Positions 14,081 through 37,641 of a DNA stretch of 64,000 bases are shown piece after piece (position 1 is the stretch's first letter; every line of letters begins with the position of its first letter). The stretch comes from Eledone cirrhosa. Its lineage: Eukaryota. The DNA lies in contig OZ024765.1 of assembly GCA_964016885.1 (NCBI GenBank), positions 6,882,001 through 6,946,000 on the forward strand, given 5' to 3'. Under the pieces are notes generated by a model. That model saw nothing but the letters and a program-made list of their open reading frames with translations. It made no database searches and had not been told where the DNA came from. The position numbers and the translations under genes are program-made.

Positions 14081-14435
14081 CACATACACTCACAAGCGTG
14101 CGTTATAAATTTATATAGCCACTCGCAGTAAATACATCACACACACATGTACATATATATATTTATATAATATATATATATATAAGCAATAGTTTATGCA
14201 ACTCACCGTCAGGGCATTTGAATTGACAAGGTCCACTTTTACTGAATCCGGCCACCGATTCTATGAGGTTGCCGACTGAACTGAGCAAGTTTGTGATATT
14301 AAAAAGGGACATAGTTTGTCCGAGGACGGTAATTATAGCTCCTGGCCCCACTAGAGCCATTAAGAAACAGCTAACAAGACACATAGAACTGAAATAACGC
14401 TTCAACCGTCGTGGGACTCGAACATTGCCGTCCAT
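7576..14435 (-). CDS. PLA2G12: Group XII secretory phospholipase A2 (PLA2G12-like), 4 exons, ~376 aa
   Basis: Exons 14435-14207, 11774-11707, 9422-9254, 8240-7576; all GT-AG, phases 1/0/1 consistent, total 1131 nt. Motifs: [17 protein letters not shown] Ca2+ loop, CCETHDFCY catalytic His-Asp, [24 protein letters not shown]. Hydrophobic N-terminal signal region; ends KDEF*. The start could be a downstream Met. Confidence 0.92.
9849..10193 (+). mobile_element. tRNA-derived SINE family A (~340 bp) with RTE-LINE-type tail, representative copy
   Basis: Box A TGGCTTAGTGG, box B GTTCAATTC, body CCTTGAGCAAGACACTTTATTTCAC, tail GAAAAGCGGACGTAAAA(TGA)n. Near-identical copies at ~3980-4315(-), 12182-12495(-), 18290-18840(+), 44125-44460(+), 44625-44870(-), 46173-46510(-) and 59540-59875(+). 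Confidence 0.88.
11250..11585 (+). mobile_element. RTE-clade LINE 3' fragment
   Basis: ORF2 C-terminus ..[38 protein letters not shown].. followed by the same 3' tail as SINE A. Similar fragments at ~4700-4878, 28636-28995 (tandem), 43500-43690 and 44900-45082. Confidence 0.8.
11920..13268. repeat. Compound (TA)n/TTTC microsatellite array with an embedded SINE A
   Basis: Runs of (TA)n punctuated by TTTC; source of the IYIY ORFs. Confidence 0.95.
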
Positions 14436-15684
14436 ATTTCGGTTCTGCCGGACAAGGGTGTCGAACTTCAATACAACAACGATGACGACCGCAACGAAAG
14501 GTATTTAAAATAAAACAAAGCTTTTTGTTTTTGGTTTTAATCTCCTTGTTACGGCACCCTACTACCATCAGGCTATATCTGTCTGACTGTTTCTATGTGA
14601 CGGTGTCTGTGTCTGCCAATACGAGCAAGTATGTTGTTATGTATGTATATATGAATTAGATAGCATTCGTCATTACCGTAAATACATGTGCGCGTGTATG
14701 AGTGTATATAAATATATTCCCCTCTATCTCTCTCTATCTCTCTCTCTAGATATATATATATATATATAGTTAAGGGAGTGTAATGTCAAGTTATTGTAGG
14801 TTCACCAAAGTGAGCACTCAATGCGTAGTCTCCAGTATGTACTTTAGGGTTGTACTAAGTAGTGTAGTAGTAATAATTGTTTCAACTTTAGGCACAAGGC
14901 CAGCACTTTGGAGGAGGACAAGTCTATTAAATCGACCCCAGTGCGTTACTGGTACTTTATTTATCGACTCCGTCAGGATGAAAGGCAAAGCTAACTTCGG
15001 CGGGATTTGAACTTAGAACATAAAGGGCCGCAAAGCATGTCGTCCGACGCTCTACCGATACTGCCAATCCACCGCCCTGGTAATAATTGTTTCTACTTTT
15101 GGCACAAGGCCAGCAATTACCCAGTGTATTACTGTTACTTTATTTTATCGACCCCCGTAAGGATGAAAGGCAAAGTTAACCTCGGCAGGATTTGAACTCA
15201 GAATGGCAAGGGCCGTAACTCTATGCGTCAAAGCATGGCGTCCGACCCTCTACCGATACTGCCAATCCACTGCCCTTGTAATAATAATAATTGTATGGAT
15301 GAGGTGTTAAATTTTCATGACATGATTGAGGTGTGACGGGAATCATTCCGTCATTACACTAACAGATGAGCTTTTGATTTCTGAGCTGGGCCCGATCGAC
15401 ACAGATCGAACCTCGAGCTGATCAATCGCAAAACGTGCGTCATACCTCAATAAATGTAAGGAAGATTTGTTCATATTATTATGATTTGAGGGCGGTGGAT
15501 TGGCAGTATCGGTAGAAAGTCGGACGCCATGCTTTCCAGCATAGTTACGTCCCTTTACGATCTGAGTTCAAATCCCGCCGAGGTTGACTTTGCCTTTCAT
15601 CCTTACGGGGTCGATAAAATAAAGTACCAGTAATGCACTGGGTAATTGCTGGCCTTGTGCCTAAAGTAGAAACAATTATTATGA

Positions 15685-16146
15685 TTTGAAACATCCTTTG
15701 CGTTCTGCTTCTTTCCAAATTATGCCGAGTGTCAACCTGGCACCTGAAGCAAAATTTAATAATACACACATTGTACAATCAATTGTCACACAAACAACAG
15801 ACCTACATGGTTTTCCTGCTGCCTGAATGCTGGTCGTTTTGCCAGTCACACCGAGTTAAACCTGATCCTCAAACGGGCCTTGGCTCGGGTTAATATATCC
15901 ACAGTTCTGGAGCCAGATGGTTTATCCAGAAGTGATTGGAAAAGACCAGATGGTCTTACCCTTTGTCCCTGGGTAAGAGGCAGATGTCTCATCTGGAACG
16001 CCACTGTCAGTGACTCTTTTGCTCCCTCCTACATCATGGACGTTGTGGTAAATGTTGGGGTCACTGCTTCTGTTGCCAAACGGAATAAAATTCGGAAATA
16101 TCTAGATTTATCTAATAATTCTTTTTACTTGCCTCAAAGTGTGTAG
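15685..16146 (+). mobile_element. Degenerate CRE-like (restriction-like endonuclease) non-LTR retrotransposon fragment
   Basis: HG(fs)SCCLNAGRFASHTELNLILKRAL zinc-knuckle remnant, then EPDGLSRSDWKRPDGLTLCPWVRGRCLIWNATVSDSFAPSY...NKIRKY, the RPD-type RLE signature of CRE/NeSL-type elements. Confidence 0.75.
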
Positions 16147-17659
16147 TTAACCCCTAACCTCTTGTTTGGCAAAGTTTTTACGGCTTGATAGCCTTTCTAC
16201 CACCAACCACTTTACAGAGTGTACTGGGTGCGATTATCATTTAAATCACCAACGCGAGGAAAGTTGTCATCTCTTTAACACAAATGGTGTTTCTGATCTT
16301 TTGTTTCACAAGTTTCCTATGACTGGATGTCCTTCTAATGCCAACCATGTTACAGAGTGGACTGGGTGCTTTCGTGACACCATCACTTCCAATATACAGA
16401 GTGAACTGGGTACATTCTATTGTGACACCAGAACCACCACATTACAGTGTGGGCTGGTATTGTGCCACCAACACTACCACTTTACAGAGTGTACTGAGTG
16501 AATATTGTTGTGGAAACCAGCACTACCACTTTACAGAGTGTACTGGGTGTATTTTATCATGGCATCAACACTACCACTTTACAGAGTGTACTGGGTGTAT
16601 TTTATCATGGCATCAACACTACCACTTTACAGAGTGGACTGGGTGCATTTCATTGTGGCACCAACACTACTACTTTACATCACATTAACATTATCTTTGT
16701 GAAAAAAACCCCATCAAGGAACTTGTTTTATTCAGAGTGTACTGGGTGAATTTTATCATGACGGCAGCACTACCAGTTTACAGAGTGCACTGGGTGTATT
16801 CTATCATGGTGGTGATGATAATGATGGTTATTAAAATAGTGATGATGATGATGATGATAATGATTATGGTAATGATGGTGATAATGTTTATAATGATGAT
16901 AATGCTGTTGCTTGTGGTGATGATGGTAAGTGACAATTAATAATTAACAGAGTTTGAATTTCAAATTTAATATTTACAAAAATATTTATTTTATTTCATT
17001 TATTACAAGTAGTTTTCATTGTTTTTCTTTCGAGTGTCTGGTAAATGCGTCTTTTGTTGTCTGTAAAGTCTTCCATACAAATAAATCTGGATAATTTCAG
17101 GTTTTCTGGACTTCCATACTTATATGTCCCTGTTTAGTTAAAGAAATTTAAAAACAATGAATGAAAGAAGAAAAGAATAAGAAAGAAAAGGCAAAAGAAA
17201 GAGAGAAAGCTCCAGCATGGCCCTGTCTCTCTGAAGGAGATTTATAAGTCCATACTGATCCCTCCAAATCCTACACTGTTAATTGCAATAATAATTGTTT
17301 CTACTTCTTGGCACAAGGCCAGCAATTACCCAGTGCATTACTGGTACTTTATTTTATCGACCCCGTAAGGATGAAAGGCAAATTTAACCTCGGCGGGATT
17401 CAAACTCAGAATGGCAAGGGCCGTAACTCTGTGTCAAACCGACCCTCTACCAATACTGCCAAAATAATAATTGTTTCTACTTTAGGCACAAGGCCAGCAA
17501 TTACCCAGTGTATTACTGGTACTTTATTTTATTGACAAAGTAAGGATGAAAGGCAAAGTCAACCTCGGCGGGATTTGAACTCAGATCGTAAAGGGAGGTA
17601 ACTCTTTACTGTAAGGCATGGCGTCCGACCCTCTACCGATACTGTCAATACACCGCTCT

Positions 17660-18010
17660 ATGGTGGTAATAATGATGATAAAGGTGATGGTGGTGGTGAT
17701 GATAATAGTGGTGGTGGTGACGATTATGATGATAATGATGATGGTGGTGGTGGTGGTGATAAGGATGATGGTGGTGGTGGTGATGGTGGTGATGATAAGG
17801 ATGATGATAATAGTGGTGGTGGTGACGATTATGATGATGGTGGTGGTGGTGGTGAAGCTAATGTTGGTGATGGTTATGGTGATAATTATGACAGTGGTGG
17901 TGGTGGTGGTGATGATGATGGCAGTGGTGATGGTGATGGTGATAATGATGACAGTGGTGGTGGTGATGATGATGGCAGTGATGGTGCTCATGATGATGAT
18001 GATGATAATA
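17660..18010. repeat. (GGT/GAT)n trinucleotide low-complexity array in the ALDH9A1 3' UTR
   Basis: Direct inspection; a similar array lies at 29240-29650. Confidence 0.9.
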
Positions 18011-18027
18011 CCTGTGTGCTGTCTGTC

Positions 18028-29174
<11,147 letters not shown>

Positions 29175-29671
29175 TTCAGAGTAGATTAAATGGATGGTGG
29201 ACTGTGGAAATAGAGTTTAACAGATTGAGGGATGTCGGCGGTGGTGATGGTGTAGGTGATTGTGAGGATGGTGATTGTAGTGATAGTGGTGGTGGTGGTG
29301 ATTGTTATAGTGATAATGATTGTGGTGGTGATGATTGTTATAGTGAGAATGATTGTGGCGGTGTTGGTGTTGGTGATTGTGATGATTGTTATAGTGATAA
29401 TGATTGTGTTGGTGTTGCTGATTGTGGTGGTGGTGATGATTGTTATAGTGATAATGATTGTGTTGGTGTTGCTGATTGTGGTGGTGGTGATGATTGTTAT
29501 AGTGATAATGATTGTGGTGGTGTGGGTGTTGGTGATTGTGGTGGTGGTGATGATTGTTATAGTGATAATGATTGTGGTGGTGGTGATGATTGTTATAGTG
29601 ATAATGATTGTGGTGGTAATGGCTGTGTTGTTGGTGATGGTGGTGGTGGTGATTTCAGTTGTGTATGTCCA

Positions 29672-30360
29672 TGAATAAAACAAGTTCCTTGATGGGGTTT
29701 TTTCACAAAGATAATGTTAATGTGATGTAAAGTAGTAGTGTTGGTGCCACAATGAAATGCACCCAGTCCACTCTGTAAAGTGGTAGTGTTACAATACACC
29801 CAGTCCACTCTGTAAAGTGGTAGTGCTGGTGTCATGATAAAATACACCCAGTCCACTCTGTAAAGTGGTAGTACTGTTGGTGTCATGATAAAATACACCC
29901 AGTACACTCTGTAAAGTGGTAGTGCTGGTGTCATGATAAAATACACCCAGTACACTCTGTAAAGTGGTACTGTTGGTGTCATGATAAAATACACCCAGTA
30001 CACTCTGCAAAGTGGTACTGTTGGTGTCATGATAAAATTCACCCAGTCCACTCTGTAAAGTGGTAGTGCTGGTGTCATGATAAAATACACCCAGTACACT
30101 CTGTAAATTGGTACTGTTGGTGTCATGATAAAATACACCCAGTCCACTCTGTAAAGTGGTAGTGCCGGCGCCATGATAACATACACCCAGTACACTCTGT
30201 AAAGTGGTAGTGCTGGCGCCATGATAACACACACCCAGTCCACTCTGTAAAGTGGTAGTGCTGGCACCATGATAACACACACCCAGTACACTCTGTAAAG
30301 TGGTAGTGCTGGTGCCATGATAACACACACCCAGTACACTCTGTAATGTGGTAGTGCTGA
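29672..30360. repeat. ~48-bp minisatellite amplified from a retroposon tail; inverted relative at 16190-16805
   Basis: Unit CACCCAGTACACTCTGTAAAGTGGTAGTGCTGGTGTCATGATAAAATA. Confidence 0.9.
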
Positions 30361-30689
30361 TCATGTCTAACCCATGCATATGTGCAAAATAGAAATAAAA
30401 CACGATGATGATGGTAACTGGTTATGATATTGAGGTGGTGGTGGTGGTGGTGGTGATACTGATGGTAGGAAGGGAGTTTGAATGCCTTGGCATAAATGTA
30501 CCAGCTATCTATAATGTGTGTGTTGTTTGGGTGTATGTGTATGAGAGAGATAAAGGGTATGTGTGAAGGGCTGTTTATCTGTGAGTGGTTGTGTGTTTAT
30601 GTGGGGGAGGGGTTGGCTTGTGAGAGTCTGTGTAAGTAGTGGTGGCATGTGAGAGTGTGTGGGGAGGACTGTTTTGTTGTGTACATATG

Positions 30690-31540
30690 TGTGTGGTGAA
30701 GGTTGTTTGACTGTGTGTGTATATATGTGTGTGTGTGTGTGAATATGTATGTATATATATGTATATATATACATATATATGTATATATATTTATACAATA
30801 TATATATGTATGTGTGGAGGGTTGTTTGACTGTGTGTGTATATATATATGTGTGTGTGTGAATATGTATGTATATATATATATACATATATTTTTTTCAA
30901 TCGATCGACTTTCGTCAAATCGGACCGAGGAAAGAATGTTTCCGTTGGTCTTTCCAGTTGCTAATACTATCTATCGGTCGCAACTCCAGGTAGAAGGAGC
31001 AACGTGAAATAAAGTGTCTTGCTCAAGGACATAACGCATCGCCCGGTCCAGGAATCGAACTCACAACCTCAAGATTGTGAATCCAATTCTCTAACCACTC
31101 AGCCACACGCCTTCACATATACATATATATGTATATATATTTATACAATATATATATATAAATACATATATATGTATGTGTGGAGGGTTGTTTGACTGTG
31201 TGTGTATATATATATGTGTGTGTGAATATGTATGTATATGTATGTATATATATACATATATATGTATATATATTTATACAATATATATATATAAATACAT
31301 ATATATGTATGTGTGGAGGGTTGTTTGACTGTGTGTGTATATATATGTGTGTGTGTGTGTGAATATGTATGTATATATATATATATATATATACATATAT
31401 ATGTATATATATTTATACAATATATATATATATGTATGTGTGGAGGGTTGTTTGACTGTGTGTGTATATATGTGTGTGTGTGTGTGAATATGTATGTATA
31501 TATATGTGTGGAGGGTTGTTTGACTCTGTGTGTGTGTGTG
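30690..31540. repeat. Higher-order (TA/TG) repeat with anchor GTGGAGGGTTGTTTGACTGTG, interrupted by a SINE fragment (30900-31115)
   Basis: The anchor recurs ~6 times at ~70-130 bp spacing. Confidence 0.85.
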
Positions 31541-32433
31541 GCACTTATCTGTAAACAACCAATCGAATACATTAAAGCTATATGTCTCACTCTACCACCA
31601 AATTGAGGTCAAACTGAGGTCAAGGTTTAAAATATAGATTGGGCCATTAATCCTTGCCCTTTCTCCTCACATTTATTGTCCTTTCCAATACTACTTTAGC
31701 AGAAATTGTTCTTTAAAATAATTGTTTCTACTTTTGCCACAAGGCCAGCAATTATCTCAGTGTATTACTGGTACTTTATTTTATCGACCCCGTAAGGATG
31801 AAAGGCAAAGTTAACCTTTATTTTGGCTGCGAGAAGGATCCTTAATGAAGATTAGGTTATAAGGCTGCATGTTTAATGTTGGTAGTCCACGTGGAAGGAT
31901 CAGACAAGAAAGTACAGTGAGGAATAAAAGCAATGGTTTATTTTTCTCTGTAAATTATTACAAGTACTAAAAGATTAACCCTTTAGCATTTACATTACTT
32001 TATATTAACTATTGTATTTTTGTGGTAAAGGCTTTATCTCACATAATATCTCACATAATATTGAATCTATGAGATTTTGATATTATTTATTTTGAGAACA
32101 ATACCTTAACATAAGTATGAGCAGCTGGCTATGGCTGATTTGAACAGAAACAGGTGAGAGAATTCTGGCCGGATATGGCCGGTTTAAATGCTAAAGGGTT
32201 AAAAAGCTGCTGGCATGCCGCATGATTAAGTTGAACTAGTTGTTGGGCCCTTGCCGACAGGGCCAAAGTTTCTTGGTAAGTTCTACATCTTGCCAGTTGC
32301 TCGAGGGAATAGATTTAGTAACATCTTGTCTCTATGAAAATGAAGCTGGAACTGTTTCTGAAGTAAAAAAAGAGACGCAAATTTTCTAGCTGGGTGGAAG
32401 TCATTTGTCGATATTTCTACGCCGTTGACTTAC

Positions 32434-32500
32434 CAGCCTGACGACTGACCAAGTGTAGCCCAGTTGTTCCGCCGCAATAAGTAGAGCCTTTGCTCACTAC
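32434..32500 (-). other. Candidate non-coding first exon (5' UTR) of ALDH9A1
   Basis: Strong donor CTG|gtaagt at 32434/32433 in unique, relatively CpG-rich sequence. A matching acceptor (ttccacag|) sits at 29201, 27 nt above the ATG. An in-frame stop lies upstream, so it is non-coding. The 5' end is approximate. Confidence 0.4.
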
Positions 32501-32889
32501 ACTACTTTCTATAAACAATATACTACAGTATTATTGGAGCAACACACACATGTACACCAGGACTGAATACAGAGGAACCGAACTTCCACTGTTATTGCCT
32601 CCATCTTTCACTCTCACTATTATGAGCAAATGGGGTCCATACACTCGCCACCCCACGGCCCTGGCAGACAAAATGGAGAAGGTTGTCCCCAGAGATGGTG
32701 AGGGAGATGAGTTATTTATGGAATATATCATGTAAATACAATTTAATAGAAAAAGAAAAAAAGAAAATTTAGATTGAGAAGAATTGAATGTAAAATAGGA
32801 AAATATAAAGAAAAGGGGGAAAAAACTGAAAGAGGCGACAATGGCAAGAACTCTAGGGTCACAGAAGAATGGGGAGGGGAGAAGAAGGA

Positions 32890-33350
32890 TGTGTGTCTGC
32901 ATGTATGTATGTGCGTGTGTTTGTATGTGTCTGTATGTGTGTTTGTCTGGTGTATGTGTGTTTATGTCCGTATGTGTGTGTGTTTGTCTGGTGTATGTGT
33001 GTTTATGTCCGTATGTATGTGTGTGTTTATGTGTCCGTATGTGTGTGTGTTTGTCTGGTGTATGTGTGTTTATGTGTCCGTATGTATGTGTGTGTCTTTG
33101 TCTGGTGTATGTGTTTATGTGTCCGTATGTATGTGTGTGTCTTTGTCTGGTTTATGTGTCCGTATGTATGTGTGTCTTTGTCTGGTGTATGTGTTTATGT
33201 GTCCGTATGTATGTGTGTGTGTTTGTATGGTGTGTGTGTCTTTGTCTGGTGTATGTGTTTGTGTCTGTATGTGTGTGTGTGTTTGTCTGATGTATGTGTG
33301 TCTTTGTCTGGTGTATGTGTGTTTATTTGTCTCTGTGTGTGTGTATGTGT
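32890..33350. repeat. GT-rich degenerate microsatellite
   Basis: Direct inspection. Confidence 0.9.
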
Positions 33351-35251
33351 ATCATCATCATCATCATCTATGGGAAGAGACCAGATGGTCTTACTATTTC
33401 TCCTTGACTAAAAGATAGGCATCTCACAAGTGAGATGCCTATCTTTTAATGACTATTTTGCTCCTTCCCACGTCCTGGATGTAAGAGTGTTAGACTTACG
33501 ATTAGAATGTCATGGCTTTGATTCATGGACTGAGTTGTGTGTTGAGTTCTTGAGCAATGCACCTCATTTCACGTTGCTCCAGTATACTCATCTGAAAATG
33601 AATGCCAGCAGTAGCTACAGGTTTAACTCTACGATGGACTGGCGCCCTGTCCAGGGGAGGGGAAGTATTGTACTCTCCATCGCTTAACGCTATAGAAACT
33701 GGGGTTAAACATCGGCATGATGAACCTCTAGGGACCAGATTTTAGACATCCTGGAAGCTATAACGTAAGTGAGAGTCACTGCACACGTAGACGGAAGAAA
33801 TAGAGTTTTGAAATATCGTACCTAGAATTCGCTGATAACGAAATTATTGTCAGTGTTGGTGATTCACCTTACTGAAATATCAAGTGGTGCGGGGTAAAGT
33901 GCTTGGCTGATTCAGCGGCTTACCCTCGTCATCACCTGGCCCTACTGAAGTAGCAGGTGATGGCGCTTGGCTATTTCGAGCGCCTCGGCCACGCTATCAT
34001 CCTCAGTCTTTCATGGCTTGCTTTAAAAAAAATCTTTTAAATGGACACATCAATATTACCGCCAACGAAATTTTACTCACAAAGCACTGATCGTCTAGAG
34101 GCTATAAACATACATGTACAAAGTGCCATGCAGTAGAAGCGAACCTGAAACCACGGGAATTATAAAGAAATTAGAATGGCTAACCTTGTTATGATCTCAG
34201 CCACGATGTTGAGTCTCCTGGCAAGTATAATTCAACAGGGGAGATAACTACCATACAACTACCGGCAAACTATTTTGGTCTCAAAGTGCATATGTAAACA
34301 TGTAAATGTGTCTATTGATGCGTATAAAAGTTTGTATGTGTATACCTATTTATGCGTGTAAAAGCGTGTGTGTAAACCTATTGATGTATATATATATATA
34401 TATCTTAACCCTTTAGCATTTACATTACTCTATATATACTTTATTTTACATAATATCTCACATACTATCGAATCTACGAGATTTTGATGTTATTTATTTT
34501 GAGAACAATAGCTTAAAATCAATACAAGCGGCCAGTTACGGGGGGTTTGAACAGAAAGAAGTGAGAGAATTCTGGCCAGATATGGCCGGTTTAAATGCTA
34601 AAGGGTTAAAGATATATCTTAAGTATGGTCATTGGTACTCGGTAAAGGTAATTAGACTCGTACCAAGGTAGAGATGATCGTCTTCTGAATACCGAGCATC
34701 ACTTGGTATCGATGTCTCCCAGATGGGCATCAATATAAAAGTGTGTGTGAGTGTACCAATTGATGCGTGTAAAAGTGTATGTGTAACTATTGATGCGTGT
34801 AAGGCCCGATCGTGAAAGTAACGTGCAAGTGACCGACGTTCCACTGATACGTGCAACCTTGGGAGATTCCAGACATGTCAAATCTCCCAGGCCGACGGGG
34901 AGATTTGCAAAAGCCTCTGGTTGAGGGGCTGCGCCCCGCGGACAAAACCGCAAAAGCATTCCTGCGGACAATGACCAGCGACATTCGCTGCGACAGCCAC
35001 CCAACCTCGCGGGGCTTCTTCCTCAGACGGGCCGCCGGCGTTGCGATCTTGCGGAGGAACTCGACTGTGCGAGGTCCAATTACGCCTCAGGTCTCACTAT
35101 ATGTCTCACTCCACCATCAAATTGAGGTCAATGCTGCGACGAGGGTCCGTCTCGTGTGGGTTTATATTTCAGTGCACTCTAGAGTTAAGACAGTGTAAAT
35201 ACATGCAAGTAGGAACGAAATCAAAGTTGCCCCATAAATAAACTTAATTAA

Positions 35252-35337
35252 ACATGACAAATGTTTCGATATCAATCAGCTCAGGGTTCGATCATAATTA
35301 TCGGGTCCCGACTCTACATCGACATCTCATCAGATAT
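35252..35337 (-). ncRNA. Type I hammerhead ribozyme motif with extended stem II and GUC triplet
   Basis: Minus strand: ATAT-CTGATGA-GATGTCGAT...ATTGATATC-GAAAC-ATTT-GTC-ATGT. 9-bp basal stem II with G-U pairs and further inner pairing; 4-bp stem I. Confidence 0.78.
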
Positions 35338-35640
35338 GTGAGTTCAGGTTCGTAGGCACAGAGCTCATTCAGAGTTTAAATGCGCTCTGTACGCACACAC
35401 ACACACACATGTATCAAATTTAAATGTGGCGTTAAAAACTCTCAATAATCCCCTATAAAATCAAATAATCTCAAGGAACAAATTCCGAGCTCTTTATAAA
35501 ACAGTAAGGAGAGAAATACACATAAATAATATCCTCTATGAACGAACACATATATTTATGTGTATTTATACATATATGTTTTATATATATGTTATTCAAA
35601 ATATTAATAAATGAAGACGTTCACATAATAAAAATATATG

Positions 35641-35702
35641 TTTTATTATGTATATTTCGGAGGTACTGTGCTGTTTTTTCAGTACGTCCTCATCAGATAA
35701 AA
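35641..35702 (-). ncRNA. Type I hammerhead ribozyme motif
   Basis: Minus strand: TTTTAT-CTGATGA-GGAcGTACTG-(11 nt loop)-CAGTACcTCC-GAAAT-ATAC-ATA-ATAAAA. Perfect 6-bp stem I, G-C closed stem II, AUA triplet. Confidence 0.8.
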
Positions 35703-35994
35703 TACATGAATTGATGTATGACATACCTCAACTGTGTTGATGGTTTAATTCCAGTCTTGGCAGTATGTTATACATATATATACTTTTGACAATCACTTGT
35801 AACGTAATAAATATGAGCAACAGGAAATGACCGATGGCAACTGATACATAAACAATCAGTGTCACAAGGTGGCCTGACACCGTATTACATATCGTCGTAA
35901 ATACGCACTTACCCACATACATATATATATATATATACATACATACACATATACACACACATTATGTATATATATATATACATATATACATGCA

Positions 35995-36043
35995 CGTATT
36001 GTTTGAAACCTGTTTATTAAAGTTATGTTTTGTATGATAACAG
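35995..36043 (+). other. Candidate non-coding upstream exon of the chitinase
   Basis: Consensus donor CAG|gtaagt at 36043. The first coding exon has an acceptor (tttctatttcag|) at 38044, 7 nt before the ATG, so an upstream exon is expected. The start coordinate is a guess. Confidence 0.3.
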
Positions 36044-36375
36044 GTAAGTTCTAAACAAGAAGCAGTGTACGATTTAACATTTACATCACACAAAGTAATG
36101 TTCTTTTGTTAATAAGATAGTTAAAATATTGGCTTTTATTGGTAATACATCTATAACTAACACAGTGGAAATATCTCGTACGATTCATTGCGTAAATATA
36201 TATATATATATGTATATAAATATATATATATGTATAAATATATATATACATATCTATTTAAATTGTTGGGATACAATAAGCAAATATTTTTATAACTGAT
36301 ATAAAGCACTCAACAAATAATTGGAGTAAAAATACGATATTAACAAATGGAAACTATATTTATAAAACCATATTT

Positions 36376-36438
36376 ATTTCATTATACCTATTTCAAGGAC
36401 ACCAAGTTAAATTATGGTGTGCTTTCATCAGATAAAAT
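36376..36438 (-). ncRNA. Type I hammerhead ribozyme motif (left arm of palindrome)
   Basis: Minus strand: ATTTTAT-CTGATGA-AAGCACACCA-(loop)-TGGTGTCCTT-GAAAT-AGGT-ATA-ATGAAAT. Confidence 0.72.
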
Positions 36439-36537
36439 TTAATATAGAGCAGTTTTATAAATCGGGAGCTTCCAACAGAAATGGTTGCATTCTTTAAGGG
36501 TATGTCAATATTTATTTATAAAACTGCTCTATATTAT

Positions 36538-36598
36538 ATTTTATCTGATGAAAGCGCACCATAATTTAAATTGGTGTCCTTGAAATGTATAATGAAAT
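36538..36598 (+). ncRNA. Type I hammerhead ribozyme motif (right arm of palindrome; minimal stem III)
   Basis: ATTTTAT-CTGATGA-AAGCGCACCA-(loop)-TGGTGTCCTT-GAAAT-GT-ATA-ATGAAAT. The stem III loop is only 2 nt, as in dimer-dependent minimal hammerheads. Confidence 0.68.
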
Positions 36599-36644
36599 AA
36601 ATATGGTTTTATAAATATAGTTTCCATTTGTTAATATCGTATAT

Positions 36645-36708
<64 letters not shown>

Positions 36709-36793
36709 TACAAATGTGACAAATCGAAACATCAAATATGTTTGATTCTTGTGCTTCTCAATAAACAAGCTCGATAGACTGTCTATAGCCATG

Positions 36794-36794
<1 letters not shown>

Positions 36795-36831
<37 letters not shown>

Positions 36832-36874
36832 GAAATACTGTTGGCTTCACGTTCACAATAATTTCTATACTTTC

Positions 36875-36919
<45 letters not shown>

Positions 36920-36941
36920 GGTGTGTGTGTGTATAAATATA

Positions 36942-36991
<50 letters not shown>

Positions 36992-37026
36992 TATGGGAGT
37001 GTATAATATTTACATATGTATATGTA

Positions 37027-37060
<34 letters not shown>

Positions 37061-37091
37061 CTTATTTATGTATATATATATGTATATATTA

Positions 37092-37126
<35 letters not shown>

Positions 37127-37511
37127 TTATTTATGTATATATATTATATATTCTTATTTGTGTATATATATATATATATATATACTTATTTATGTATATA
37201 TATTATATATATATACTTATTTGTATATATTTATATATGTGTGTATATATATATATACTTATTTGTATATATATATATGTGTGTATATATATATATACTT
37301 ATTTATGTATATATATATATATATATATATATACTTATTTATGTATATATATTATATATATACTTATTTATGTATATATATTATATATATACTTATTTAT
37401 GTATATATATTTTATACATATTTGTGTATATATATATATTATATATACTTATATATGTATTTATATATATATATATATACTTATATATGTATTCATATAT
37501 ATATATATATA

Positions 37512-37578
<67 letters not shown>
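36795..37578. repeat. (TA)n compound microsatellite
   Basis: Direct inspection. Confidence 0.95.
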
Positions 37579-37582
<4 letters not shown>

Positions 37583-37641
37583 CAAGGCTCTGATACAATC
37601 AACACTATAAACACAGAGCTGGCATATCTAAGAACTGACTA

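Noticed and set aside
36025-36043. ATG TTT TGT ATG ATA ACA G|gt as the chitinase first coding exon
   Set aside because: It gives only 6 residues and no signal peptide; 38052-38112 supplies a full signal peptide in the correct phase.
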